A stretch of DNA of 44,496 bases, taken from positions 1 through 44,496 of the forward strand of contig JBGCEP010000031.1 of NCBI GenBank assembly GCA_045106415.1. The letters are read 5' to 3'. This document shows positions 8,700 to 18,726 of the stretch, piece by piece (within the stretch, counting starts at the first letter, position 1; every line of letters starts with the position of its first letter). Source of the DNA: Oligoflexales bacterium. GTDB lineage: Bacteria; Bdellovibrionota_B; Oligoflexia; Oligoflexales; Bog-1112. A model generated the notes under the pieces. That model did not search any database and was not told the origin of the DNA. It worked only from the letters and a program-made list of their open reading frames with translations. Both the position numbers and the translations under genes were made by a program.

Positions 8700-10093
8700 G
8701 ATTTTAGTTGTATAAATTGTTTTTTAAAAACAAAGAGTTGGATGGTCATAAAACAGGCTGCTCCAAGTCCAATGAGTCCCCACCAAGGTATAGATTGTTT
8801 GGCAGCCATAAGGATGACACCCATAAGAAGACAGCCGGGAATCACTTTTATAGCATCGTGATAGACAGGCCCATCAAGGTGAGTGAGGCTTTGTTTGTAA
8901 AGGTGAACTGCAGCTACTGTTTTTCCAATGCATGCGCTGAGAAAGATGTTGTATACACTCCAATGTATAGAGCTGATGCATAGGCATATGAAAAATGAAA
9001 AGATACCTAAGAAGAGGCCTTTTGTAAATTTCTGAGGCTCTCCCCTTGTAATAAGAACTTGAAGTCCGAAGACTTGAATGAGAATTGAGGGTAAAAGACC
9101 GAGGTTGAAGAAGCAAAAGAGTTGAGCTGCTAGAGGATGATTTTCCCCGATTGTGGCTTTTAATAGTGGTGATGCGATAAAAGGTGTTCCAATAAGAATA
9201 GGGAAAATAATTAATGCAATAAACCAAAGGCTGAGCGATAGATGCTGAGTTAAGCTTTTTTTTGAGTGAACTTGAAGCATTTCTGCGAAAAAAGCACTTC
9301 CTACGGCTGCTAGGGTTTGTAGTAGGCTATGAGTGATGCGTCCTGGCCCCCCATAAAGACCGCTCATTTCAGCTCCGAGGAGAGGTTCTATGCATAAAAC
9401 ATCTACCCTTTCTAAAAGCGTCATGAGAGGAATAATCCAAAAATAAGGGGTCGCTTTTGTGAAAAAAGAAGGAAGAGATGGAACTTGAGGTGGTTTAAAC
9501 CCATAGGTATAAATTGACCACAGTGCTGTTGTGATGTGTATGAGGATTGAGGGGGAAATCCACAGAAAGATTAAGAGATGGATATCTTCTGCGCCGTTGA
9601 CAAGAAAAAATGTCAGTATGAGGCATAAAAATCGACTAAATCCATTGAGAGAATGCGCCCATGCTACTCTTTGTGTTGCGACTAGAAGCCAGTGGCTTTC
9701 AAACGCTGTTGAAATTAAGCAAACAGCAATAAGTATAAAAAAAGTCGGGTGATAATTTGTAGCCCAACCGGTTGTGGTAAAGGTTAGAAGCCCTAGTAGT
9801 AAAATAGCTGAGTGCATTAGCTTAAGAGCTTGTGTATTAGAGACTGTCTGAGCGATAGATGCTATTTGAAATGATTTTTTATTAATATCAACAGAAGCTG
9901 CATGATTGTAGCCAGCGACAACCCAAGGAATTAAAGACTCAATGACAGAGAGGCAGAAGATAGCGTACCCAAAGTTTTCTAAGCCGAGGCGGGTTCGAGC
10001 GATCGATATCATGAGAAAAGGAATGATCTTTTGTAAAATTTCAAAGCCAAAGCCAGAAGCAATAGCTTTGGAAAGCCGTTGTGTTTGAATCAC
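8681..10093 (-). CDS. Oligosaccharide flippase (Wzx/MOP superfamily)
   Basis: Polytopic membrane protein; ARTRLGLENFG; ERVDVLCIEPLLGAEMSGLY. Confidence 0.8.
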   Translation of the reverse strand: MIQTQRLSKAIASGFGFEILQKIIPFLMISIARTRLGLENFGYAIFCLSVIESLIPWVVAGYNHAASVDINKKSFQIASIAQTVSNTQALKLMHSAILLLGLLTFTTTGWATNYHPTFFILIAVCLISTAFESHWLLVATQRVAWAHSLNGFSRFLCLILTFFLVNGAEDIHLLIFLWISPSILIHITTALWSIYTYGFKPPQVPSLPSFFTKATPYFWIIPLMTLLERVDVLCIEPLLGAEMSGLYGGPGRITHSLLQTLAAVGSAFFAEMLQVHSKKSLTQHLSLSLWFIALIIFPILIGTPFIASPLLKATIGENHPLAAQLFCFFNLGLLPSILIQVFGLQVLITRGEPQKFTKGLFLGIFSFFICLCISSIHWSVYNIFLSACIGKTVAAVHLYKQSLTHLDGPVYHDAIKVIPGCLLMGVILMAAKQSIPWWGLIGLGAACFMTIQLFVFKKQFIQLKSYNDSK

Positions 10094-10526
10094 ATGTGCT
10101 CCTGTTTTATTGATAGAAAGATAACTCTAGAATAAAGTCTTAGCAGTGATGGTCAAGTGTAAGTTGATATAAGTCATTTTTTGTCTTGGAGTTTTTATGT
10201 GATAATGACTGCAGTCGTTGTCTAAAAACCTATTCTTCACACTCAGAATAGATTTGACGCTTACTTTTCAATTTGACAATTTTTATTAATATTTCTATTG
10301 AGCAGAGTGTGTGACTTTATGAAAATAATGTTTGAAGTTGTCATGAGATGTATTTCTATTGGGAAAACAGCTCATAAGGCTTGAGTTGAAAAAAAGACTT
10401 CATATCCCATGAGATTTTTTTGATCTTGAGTATGTGTTGAAGAGTTTTTTTCTTTTATTCAATCTAGATACATAGCATTAATTTTTCACAAGAGAGGTTA
10501 AGCAGCTTTTCTTTGATTGCCTTGTC

Positions 10527-11222
10527 TTAAGGCCGCCAATGAAAATTAAGGCCAACCCATGTTGTTGTGATGGCTTCAGATGTTGTTGTCCCTAATAAAG
10601 ACATGACAAAGGTTTGTTGGCGATAGCCCATATCGAAACTTATTAAAGACTTTGTGACTCGTACACGTCCTCCGATAAAAAGATCAGATCGAGTCCCCAG
10701 TGCCGCAGCATCAAGTTCTTGGATTGCTTCATTAAATGTGCTGTAAGAGGTTTGTGTTGCTTTTAAAAAAATGTGGCTTCCCTTTCGAATAGGTATGACA
10801 AGTGCAACACGGCCTCCTTGCCCTAACCCTGTGCCACGGATATGTGGGCTTCCTTCTCTATCTATTTCTGCATATAAACTACTCCAAGCTGGTCCAAGCT
10901 GCAGCCACTTCCAGCGGAATAAAAAGCCGCTGTCAATAAAACTTGTTGTCGAGCCACTAGGAACGCCTCCTGCAGTAAACTGGAAAGACGTTGTGTTGTT
11001 GACCTGAGATATAAATGCTGAAATTTGTCCTTGAGAACCAGCGTTACTTTCTAGTGATATTCCACTAGAGGTGCTGGTATCAACAGAAGCAACCATCTCG
11101 CTTTTGTAAGTGCTTAACCCACCCCCAACTTGTAAGGAAAAGGCAGAGTTTTGATAAGAAAAGCCAGAGTCAGCTAACCAAACTAAAAAACCAAGAAAAA
11201 CAATGTTGATACGTGAGGTCAT
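10527..11222 (-). CDS. Putative outer-membrane beta-barrel protein
   Basis: Signal peptide, alternating beta-strand pattern, C-terminal WVGLNFHW beta-signal-like strand. Confidence 0.6.
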   Translation of the reverse strand: MTSRINIVFLGFLVWLADSGFSYQNSAFSLQVGGGLSTYKSEMVASVDTSTSSGISLESNAGSQGQISAFISQVNNTTSFQFTAGGVPSGSTTSFIDSGFLFRWKWLQLGPAWSSLYAEIDREGSPHIRGTGLGQGGRVALVIPIRKGSHIFLKATQTSYSTFNEAIQELDAAALGTRSDLFIGGRVRVTKSLISFDMGYRQQTFVMSLLGTTTSEAITTTWVGLNFHWRP

Positions 11223-11579
11223 GAGTGATTGATCGGAAGGAAGGAGCAAAATCTGTAATCAGCTCACCCTTGGGGGGGGCTGTTATTAAAAAGCATTCAT
11301 ATGAATATCTTGTCAGCCGCTTTTAATAAAGAGGTCAAATGATGAAGGTTTTTTGTGTAAGCTTAAAATTTTACGGTAGGTAAGATTTACTTATAGTTAT
11401 TTTTTGAAATAGAAAAATAAGTAATAACAGTGTGTTGTGCTGTTGTGTTTTTTATTTTTGTCTTTTTTGAATTATTTAATGTTGCTTGAAATCTTCATGT
11501 TAAAAATATTTACACAGGTGATGATTTTTCAAGTATAGTCAGCCCTCGGTTTAGTACTTTTTTGATTGAGGTCCATATA

Positions 11580-12971
11580 GTGAGTGATTTAATTTTTTCA
11601 AAGTTGGCGATATCAGATGTGATGTCTAAGAACCTACAGTCTCTCGGTTATGAAAAAATGACTCCTATTCAATCTCAGAGTCTACCTCATATTTTGAATG
11701 GCAGAGATGTCATGGCTCAGGCTAAAACTGGTAGTGGTAAAACTGCGGCGTTTGGTATTGGTGCATTATCGAAAATTGATCTTAAGATTCATAAAATACA
11801 GGTTGTTGTTCTTTGTCCAACCCGTGAACTTGCAGACCAGGTCGCAAAAGAACTCCGGCGCATAGGTCGCCAACAGCATAACCTTAAGGTTCTGACGCTA
11901 TGTGGTGGGACCCCTATGGGGCCTCAAATCGCTTCTTTGGAACATGGGGCGCATTGTGTTGTAGGAACTCCAGGGCGAATTTGTGACCATTTAAGTCGAA
12001 GAACGCTTAATTTACGGTTTGCGCAGACTTTGATTTTAGATGAAGCGGACCGGATGCTTGATATGGGGTTTACTGAAGACCTTGATAAAGTGATTAAGCA
12101 AACGCCGAAAAATAGGCAAACTCTTTTATTTTCAGCGACATACCCTGAGAATATCCAAGCGATGAGTGAGCGTGTTCAAAGAAACTCAGTTCATATCGTT
12201 GTTGAGGGTGGAGAGAATAATCTTGATATTGAGCAAAAATTCTATGAAGTGAAAAGAACTCAAAAGTCGGATTGGTTGGTTGCGTTACTTGCGCACCACC
12301 AGCCAGAATCTTCTGTGGTGTTTTGTAATACGAAAAAAGACTGCTCTGACGTCGCTAACGCATTAAGGCAAGCTGGTTTTGTAGCGGAAGCAATTCATGG
12401 TGATTTAGAACAAAAAGATCGAGATGATGTGCTCGCTCTTTTCTCAAATAAAAGTATTTCTATTCTTGTTGCAACTGATGTGGCAGCTCGCGGATTAGAT
12501 ATTAAAGATCTTTCTCTTGTATGTAACTATGAGCCTTCAAGAAATCCTGAAACTCATGTGCATAGGGTGGGGCGAACGGGACGAGCTGGTAATAAAGGTT
12601 TGGCGATAACTCTTTATTCACCACAAGAGGAACGTCGTGTTCTTGAAATCGAAAAAATGACTTCTGCGAAATATAAAAAAGAAAAAGCTTTTACTTCAAT
12701 ACAACTTGGTGTTGGAAAGCCTTTTTACCCTAAAATGCAATCTTTATGTATTCATGGTGGAAAAAAGCATAAACTACGTCCTACGGATATTTTGGGAGCT
12801 CTCACTGCTAAAAAAGATCTTTTAGGGAGTGATGTAGGGAAAATTATGATTTCAGATTTTCATTCTTTTGTTGCTCTTAAAAAAGAGAAATTTGCAAAAG
12901 GAATGAGTCTTTTATCAGACTATAAAATTAAAGGACGTGAGTTCAAGGTACGTAAGGTACACCTTTCGTAA
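11580..12971 (+). CDS. dbpA: ATP-dependent DEAD-box RNA helicase DbpA
   Basis: AKTGSGKT, PTRELA, DEAD, SAT, HRVGRTGR; C-terminal DbpA RNA-binding domain GGKKHKLRPTDILGAL. GTG start 11580 after GAGG. Confidence 0.95.
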   Translation: MSDLIFSKLAISDVMSKNLQSLGYEKMTPIQSQSLPHILNGRDVMAQAKTGSGKTAAFGIGALSKIDLKIHKIQVVVLCPTRELADQVAKELRRIGRQQHNLKVLTLCGGTPMGPQIASLEHGAHCVVGTPGRICDHLSRRTLNLRFAQTLILDEADRMLDMGFTEDLDKVIKQTPKNRQTLLFSATYPENIQAMSERVQRNSVHIVVEGGENNLDIEQKFYEVKRTQKSDWLVALLAHHQPESSVVFCNTKKDCSDVANALRQAGFVAEAIHGDLEQKDRDDVLALFSNKSISILVATDVAARGLDIKDLSLVCNYEPSRNPETHVHRVGRTGRAGNKGLAITLYSPQEERRVLEIEKMTSAKYKKEKAFTSIQLGVGKPFYPKMQSLCIHGGKKHKLRPTDILGALTAKKDLLGSDVGKIMISDFHSFVALKKEKFAKGMSLLSDYKIKGREFKVRKVHLS

Positions 12972-12987
12972 AGAATACCTCCTAAAG

Positions 12988-13028
12988 AAAATCCTTATCT
13001 GTCATGAAAGTGATAGATAAGGATTTTT
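12988..13028. terminator. Bidirectional terminator between convergent genes
   Basis: AAAATCCTTATCT...AGATAAGGATTTT inverted repeat. Confidence 0.75.
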
Positions 13029-14914
13029 TATTGTTTTTTAAAATGATTTTGAAGTATTTCATCAATGATGTGTGCTTTTTCTTTATTTCCGCTTTGTGTA
13101 TATGCCTTCCAAAGCTGGATGAGAATATTTGTGTCTTTTTTCTGATGAAAATCTCGAGATTTTTCTAAAATAGAAATTGCTTCAGTATATTGACCGCGTT
13201 GTATAAAGAGCTCAGATTGGATCGCTGTACAGTATGTATTTTCAGGGGAATCTATGAGGCACCTTTGAATCTCGTGTTCGAGTTTTTTTTCTAGCATAGG
13301 TTGATTTCTTATTTTTAAGAAAGGAACCTGAAGAGGATCTGCGGGATTGAGGTAGTGGTATTCATATTCATCGATAATATTTTGGTGCTCATTTTTCCTT
13401 TTGATTAAGATAGCGAGTTTTTGGCTGAAAAAGACGAGTGACCATGATTGGGTAGGAAGAATAGCGTTTAAACCATGAATGATGTTTCCTTTGGAGTCCC
13501 ACTGGTTTTTTAGAATAGGAACCATAGCTGTGTTGATGTTGAATTTATCTTCAATAAGCCGTGTGATCGTAGGTGTGCTTTGAAAGCCAACAAGAAGAGG
13601 TTTTATTTTGTTGTAAATGACATCTCTATGATCAGCAAAAACAGGATATTCTCTAAGAGCCCATGTTTGATAAGATCCAGGAAGAAAGTCTGAAAAGATA
13701 TTCCCTAAAGGTTTTGTTTTTTTAATGAATTCTACTTCACGAACAGGGAAGTGTTGTTTATTCACTTTAAAACCCCAAAGGTGTTTGTATCGATAAACCT
13801 CACTTTGGAGAGGGATAGCCCAAGTAAAGAGAACGCAAACGATATAAATATATTTTATAGATGTTTTTTTGGAGCTGATATGTAAGAAAGCATCTGTAAT
13901 AATTGGCAAAAAATAGACAAGATGAAAAGGGATCATGCGGATATATTGGATGCTTAAAAGAGAAAGTGTCACACCAATAATGAAAACAGCGTAAATATTT
14001 TGGTAAATATTTTGAGATTTTTTTTTGATGATTTTTAAATATAAAAAGCTTATCCACCCGAGAGCAAGATATATAAACCACATGATAAATGGCCATCCAT
14101 GAGTGGATGTATTTAAAAAATTAAAATGGAAAGAAAGGTATTCGGTATTTGTTATAAGGCTCTGGTCATATTGAGCGTGAACCCATAAGAGATGAAGCAT
14201 TTTAAAGTGAGAAGGGTTGGCGAAATAGCTTCCTGCAACAAGGGTGGCACAAACAATAAGTTGTATCCAGCATTGTTGATTTTTGATGTGTTTTTGTTCT
14301 GAAAATATTTGAAAAAAAGTTAAAATAGCAATAACATACCCCAAATAAACAGCAGCCCCAGCGTGCCATTGGCTGGAGAGAAAAAGACAAGTGAGCCACC
14401 ATATGGGGGGGTGAAATTTTTCTGTAGACGTGATGTTGTTTTTTGTTCCACGGTAGATAAAATATGCGAATGTAAGAAGGCAGAAAAAATCTGGTCTTAG
14501 ATGAAATCGAAAGATCATACTGATATAAATCATAGGGCTTAAAAGAAACATAAGAATGATGCTTGTACTATAAGGGAGGCTATTTTTTTGTGTGGAGTAA
14601 CAGATTATTAGGTTGACCCAAATAAATAACAAAGCAATAGCAAAACCTCGGAAGAAAACAAGCCCAGCCTCTGTATGAACTTCATAAAGAATTCTTAAAA
14701 CAACCTGAGAAAGCCAATGATAATTGACCCAATTTTCCCCTGGGATTGTGAAACTCCAGGTTTCTGTATTTGATATGCTTGATGTTTTTAAAATATCATC
14801 GCCTGCACGAAGAAGCCAATAGATATCATCTTCGTGTAACTGCCAAAGGCTAACGCTTCCAAGGATGAAAGAAATAAGGACAGCGACAAAAATATCAATA
14901 CGAAAGTGTTGCAT
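13028..14914 (-). CDS. Polytopic membrane protein, probable GT-C-fold glycosyltransferase with C-terminal TPR-like helices
   Basis: DDIYWLLRAG...WSFT...W.NYHWLSQV first loop; LRPD; many TM segments; TPR-like tail (GQYTEAISILEKS). Confidence 0.6.
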   Translation of the reverse strand: MQHFRIDIFVAVLISFILGSVSLWQLHEDDIYWLLRAGDDILKTSSISNTETWSFTIPGENWVNYHWLSQVVLRILYEVHTEAGLVFFRGFAIALLFIWVNLIICYSTQKNSLPYSTSIILMFLLSPMIYISMIFRFHLRPDFFCLLTFAYFIYRGTKNNITSTEKFHPPIWWLTCLFLSSQWHAGAAVYLGYVIAILTFFQIFSEQKHIKNQQCWIQLIVCATLVAGSYFANPSHFKMLHLLWVHAQYDQSLITNTEYLSFHFNFLNTSTHGWPFIMWFIYLALGWISFLYLKIIKKKSQNIYQNIYAVFIIGVTLSLLSIQYIRMIPFHLVYFLPIITDAFLHISSKKTSIKYIYIVCVLFTWAIPLQSEVYRYKHLWGFKVNKQHFPVREVEFIKKTKPLGNIFSDFLPGSYQTWALREYPVFADHRDVIYNKIKPLLVGFQSTPTITRLIEDKFNINTAMVPILKNQWDSKGNIIHGLNAILPTQSWSLVFFSQKLAILIKRKNEHQNIIDEYEYHYLNPADPLQVPFLKIRNQPMLEKKLEHEIQRCLIDSPENTYCTAIQSELFIQRGQYTEAISILEKSRDFHQKKDTNILIQLWKAYTQSGNKEKAHIIDEILQNHFKKQ

Positions 14915-14919
14915 TGAGC

Positions 14920-14964
14920 CACCTATACAGTGAGGTTATCAATTTATTCTACACTGTATAGGTG
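14920..14964 (-). promoter_or_regulatory. 13-bp perfect inverted repeat covering the RBS of the 14914 gene
   Basis: CACCTATACAGTG-N19-CACTGTATAGGTG. On the minus strand TAGAAT lies in the loop and the SD-like AGGTGG overlaps the 3' arm. Confidence 0.55.
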
Positions 14965-14975
14965 TATTTGATCTC

Positions 14976-16157
14976 TTATGATTTTGGGCGAGCTAAGATA
15001 AGGACGCCGAGAAAACCAGATGTTGTTGAAGCTAGGATAATGGCAAGTTTCGCTTGGTCGACAAGAGCATCGTGACTAAACGCTAATGATGTAACAAACA
15101 GTGACATTGTGAATCCTATACCAGCTAGGCAGCCTACTCCCAGAATCTCTTTGAGAGAGACACCTTTAGGTAGTGATGCAATTTTGAGAGTATTCGCTAG
15201 GAAGGCTGCGCCGACGACTCCAAGAGGTTTTCCTACGACAAGTCCTAAAATGACACCAAAGCTGACATTTGTGAACTCAATGGCACCTAGAGGGACTCCT
15301 GAGTTACAGAATGCAAAAATTGGTATGATAAGAAAACCAATCCACGGTAAGAGTGATTTTTCTAAAAAGACAGCAGGGCTGTCTAAAGGTGAGGCTTCCG
15401 ATGAAAGAATACTATTGATAAGTTTTTCAGCATTGTGACTTTTCGGTGCTAGAGGAATGGTTGCAGCTAAGAGAACTCCAGCTATTGTTGCGTGAACCCC
15501 TGATTTTAGCATGAAGTACCACAGTGGAAGCCCTACGAGAAGGTAGAGAGAAAGCTTCATAACACCGAGGCGGTTCATAACAATACAAGTGCCAAAGCAA
15601 ATACCGGCGTAACCGAGGTAAGCCATCTTGATTTGTGATGTATAGAATAAGGCAATGACAATAATAGCGCCTAAATCATCAACAATAGCGATTGCTGCGA
15701 GTAATATTTTTAAGGAAGATGGAACACGAGACCCTAAAAATGCTAAAACACCCATTGCAAAAGCAATATCAGTCGCCATGGGGATCCCCCAACCTTGAGC
15801 AGCCTCTCCTTGTGGGTTTAGCACAAAGTAAAGAAGTGCGGGAACGACCATGCCACCAATTGCAGCAAAAATTGGGAGCGCTGCTTGTCGGAGGTCAGAG
15901 AGTTCTCCGATGATAATTTCTCGTTTGAGTTCAAGGCCGATGAGTAAAAAGAATACTGCCATCAATCCATCATTCACAATATGAAGAAGAGACTTGTCGA
16001 TGATGTCAAAATGTGCAACAGAAAATAAGATCGGAGCATGAAGTGCGGAGAAATACGCGTCAGCTCCTGAAGAGTTGGAAATTATAAAGCCTAAAATTGC
16101 CGAAACTAACAAAATGAGAGGGGCGGCTAGACTTGATTCACCGTGATCTGCGGACAC
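14976..16157 (-). CDS. nhaA: Na+/H+ antiporter NhaA
   Basis: VNDGLMAVFF..GLELKRE, GWGIPMATDIAFA, AIVDDLGAI, KSGVHATIAG, GIGFTMSLF. Confidence 0.97.
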   Translation of the reverse strand: MSADHGESSLAAPLILLVSAILGFIISNSSGADAYFSALHAPILFSVAHFDIIDKSLLHIVNDGLMAVFFLLIGLELKREIIIGELSDLRQAALPIFAAIGGMVVPALLYFVLNPQGEAAQGWGIPMATDIAFAMGVLAFLGSRVPSSLKILLAAIAIVDDLGAIIVIALFYTSQIKMAYLGYAGICFGTCIVMNRLGVMKLSLYLLVGLPLWYFMLKSGVHATIAGVLLAATIPLAPKSHNAEKLINSILSSEASPLDSPAVFLEKSLLPWIGFLIIPIFAFCNSGVPLGAIEFTNVSFGVILGLVVGKPLGVVGAAFLANTLKIASLPKGVSLKEILGVGCLAGIGFTMSLFVTSLAFSHDALVDQAKLAIILASTTSGFLGVLILARPKS

Positions 16158-16254
16158 ATATCCTCCTTCAGGTCAAAAGTATCTGCGCAAAGAGAACTGA
16201 TACACTCAGTGCTCTCGGAATAAGAAATCCTTTAGAGTTTCTCACGGATTTTCT

Positions 16255-17055
16255 TTAATGTGAATTTTTTTTGTGATCTTTCAGTGATTGATTTGAAGGA
16301 GACTTTATAATCTGAGTCTTTTTCGGTGAGTTTAACTGTATGCTGGAGGCTGAGTGCTTAAGCTTGATAGTAAGTGGCTTTCTTAACAAGGGAGTGCCGT
16401 TTAAAAAGCGGATTATTGAGTTTTGTGCAGGATCTCTAAAACCAGAAAAAACTCCAATAAGTCTTCCTGTCTTTAAGGAAAAGACCCCTGCCCCGTTTGG
16501 TAAGTGAGTTGAAGTGAGATAAGAATTCTCACTTGTATGCTCTAGAGACACTAAGGTTTGAAAATTTTGAACTTTGACGTTTTTGTCTTTTATTTCAAGA
16601 AGAGGCTGGGAGCCAGCATACTTAATGTCTTCAAAGTGAGGAAAGTCAAACTTCACAGACTTGAGGTTGTAGCTGTGGTTTAAAGTGACCCATCCAATGC
16701 CCATTTGATGAAGTGGAGTCGCTTCAAAGACTGCAAAGTGCTGATTTTTTTCTTTATGGCTTGGGATAAACCCCAAAACATTTCGGGTTTTTAGGTTGTG
16801 TTGTATAACCGCAGCACAGGATGCTGACGTGGCGATCAGATGTGGCCAAATGACGGTTCCTTCGCAAAGGATGTTTTGATTTTGTCTTTCATGTGCGCAC
16901 ACTCCTGGATTTTCTCCAAATTTTTGCTCACATAGTTGGCTATCTGTCTTTGTTCCGTGGTCTGAGAGTAGAAACAGCATCTTGTAAGGATTTGAAAAAG
17001 AAGGTGTTTGATAAAGGGATGACGAGAGCAGTAAAAGAGTTAAAGGTCGTATCAT
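16255..17055 (-). CDS. Exported trypsin-like fold protein, catalytic residues apparently lost
   Basis: LCEGTVIWPHLIATSASC (cf. CGGxLIxxxxVLTAAHC) and PNGAGVFSLKTGRLIGV (cf. GDSGGP...LVGI); signal peptide. Confidence 0.55.
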   Translation of the reverse strand: MIRPLTLLLLSSSLYQTPSFSNPYKMLFLLSDHGTKTDSQLCEQKFGENPGVCAHERQNQNILCEGTVIWPHLIATSASCAAVIQHNLKTRNVLGFIPSHKEKNQHFAVFEATPLHQMGIGWVTLNHSYNLKSVKFDFPHFEDIKYAGSQPLLEIKDKNVKVQNFQTLVSLEHTSENSYLTSTHLPNGAGVFSLKTGRLIGVFSGFRDPAQNSIIRFLNGTPLLRKPLTIKLKHSASSIQLNSPKKTQIIKSPSNQSLKDHKKNSH

Positions 17056-17311
17056 GATAAGCCTCGTTGGAGTTTTCGATCTTATGAATAATGTCTATAC
17101 ACGTTTTGTTAAAAGAGTGAAAACAAAAAAATTATAGAATTGAAAAAATAGATATTAAAAGTCATGAAGATGTGATTTGTGCACTAACTTGTTTATGGAA
17201 ATAAATTTTTATCATCATTAAGGGTTTGTTATTTTTTGGGATAAATCTAGATGATGAGATGATTTGTTTGTGAAATTAGGTATGGAAACTCTAAAAATGA
17301 TAATGCGTTTT

Positions 17312-17902
17312 TTAGAGGAACGTCAAAAGGCTTGTTTGGTATTCGCTTAAGATAAACCGGGTTTGTTTTGTGAGGAGCAGATCTGTGTCTGTAATAAGGT
17401 CTTTGAGGAGGATCCACTGAAGAGAATAGCTTTCTTTTTCGTTTTCTATAAATTTAAAAGAAGAAGCGTTGAATGGGTGTATGGTGTTGTTCAGGTGTAT
17501 GTGATAGAGATATAAAGGTTTTTTTTTATACCGGAGCTCGTGAGAGGGAGACTTTGTCGAACCCTGACGCATGAATTCACTCAAGGTTTGAGTTGTTTCT
17601 TCTTCACTTAATTCGCGTAAGAGAGCTTTAAATTCATGGTCGTCTTCCAAATCTATCTTTCCTCCTAAAAATTCAAATCTTTGATTTTTTTTAGACTTTT
17701 TTGATTTTTTTAAACTCATAAGAATATATGTTTTGTTTTCAGCTGTGTATGTAAAAACTGCTTTCACTGTTCCCAGCCCAAGATTTTTTGCTTCGAGATT
17801 TGGATGACACGAAGATGAATGACTGAAAGCAACAATGAGTACGAAGATTTTAAGGCATTTTTGAAAAACTTGAGATGAGAGTGCTTTGTTGTCATATCTC
17901 AT
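17312..17902 (-). CDS. NUDIX hydrolase with N-terminal signal-like segment
   Basis: FEFLGGKIDLED...ALLRELSEEE Nudix box. Confidence 0.8.
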   Translation of the reverse strand: MRYDNKALSSQVFQKCLKIFVLIVAFSHSSSCHPNLEAKNLGLGTVKAVFTYTAENKTYILMSLKKSKKSKKNQRFEFLGGKIDLEDDHEFKALLRELSEEETTQTLSEFMRQGSTKSPSHELRYKKKPLYLYHIHLNNTIHPFNASSFKFIENEKESYSLQWILLKDLITDTDLLLTKQTRFILSEYQTSLLTFL

Positions 17903-17963
17903 GGTGCTTCCTTTTTTTTCGACAAAATAAAATCTTAAGAAAATCTCGCTAAATAAAAAACTG

Positions 17964-17991
17964 TGAATTTTTTTTCACATAATGCCGATAG
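17964..17991 (+). promoter_or_regulatory. Possible sigma28-like promoter
   Basis: TGAATTTT-N12-GCCGATAG upstream of ATG 18030. Confidence 0.4.
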
Positions 17992-18029
17992 CCTATCCCC
18001 GCAGTTCTGCGGCAGGTTTTGGAGGAAGC

Positions 18030-18530
18030 ATGAAGACAGAAACATTAAAACAAACTGTTCGTTTTCAGGCAAGCGCAAAGGAGGTTTTTGATCTTTTTAT
18101 GGATGCAAAAAAACACCGATTATTTACAGGTTCACCTGCTGTAATTTCTCGAAAAGAAGGAGGGAAATTTTCAACGTATGCTGGAATGTGTCATGGACGC
18201 AATATTGAAATTGTAGAAGGAGAAAAAATCGTGCAAGCATGGCGTGCTGAAGATTGGCCTTCAGGAGTTTATTCTTTGCTGACTTTGAAGTTAATTCCTC
18301 AAGGGGATCACAGTTCCCGGCTTGAAGTTCTGCAAACAGCTGTGCCTGGACAGAGAAATCTTGAAAAGATAAAACAAGGATGGAATGAGCACTATTGGGG
18401 GCCCATGAAGGCTTACTTTAAACAACAAAATGGGCAGAATGAAAAACATAAAATAACGATGCTTAAAGACAAAGAAACATCGCGGTCTGGCACAATGAAA
18501 ATAGGGAGAACTCTTCGCCGTGTTGCTTGA
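18030..18530 (+). CDS. SRPBCC/AHSA1 (activator of Hsp90 ATPase-like) domain protein
   Basis: GGKFSTYAG..HGRNIEIVEGEKIVQAWRAEDWP, GWNEHYW; GGAGG RBS before ATG 18030. Confidence 0.88.
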   Translation: MKTETLKQTVRFQASAKEVFDLFMDAKKHRLFTGSPAVISRKEGGKFSTYAGMCHGRNIEIVEGEKIVQAWRAEDWPSGVYSLLTLKLIPQGDHSSRLEVLQTAVPGQRNLEKIKQGWNEHYWGPMKAYFKQQNGQNEKHKITMLKDKETSRSGTMKIGRTLRRVA

Positions 18531-18557
18531 TTTTTAAAAGAGATGAAAATGATAACG

Positions 18558-18589
18558 AAGAAGCGCTTTTTATTAAGCGCTTCTTTTTT
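18558..18589 (+). terminator. Intrinsic terminator
   Basis: AAGAAGCGCTT / AAGCGCTTCTT followed by a T-run. Confidence 0.7.
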
Positions 18590-18726
18590 GTTCTTTTCTT
18601 CTTCTGTGATTCGAACTTTCACATTTTGAAAGACTCAGGCATTCTATAAACATTACATATTTACTGCCTTGCTATAAGGTGTCTTTTAGGTAGAATGCAC
18701 AGGTGCATATGCACCAACAGGGGGGT

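Noticed and set aside
16158..16254. Possible Na+/Li+ riboswitch upstream of nhaA
   Set aside because: Two hairpins are present, but I could not match conserved nhaA-I/II motif nucleotides; they are probably a terminator or leader structure.
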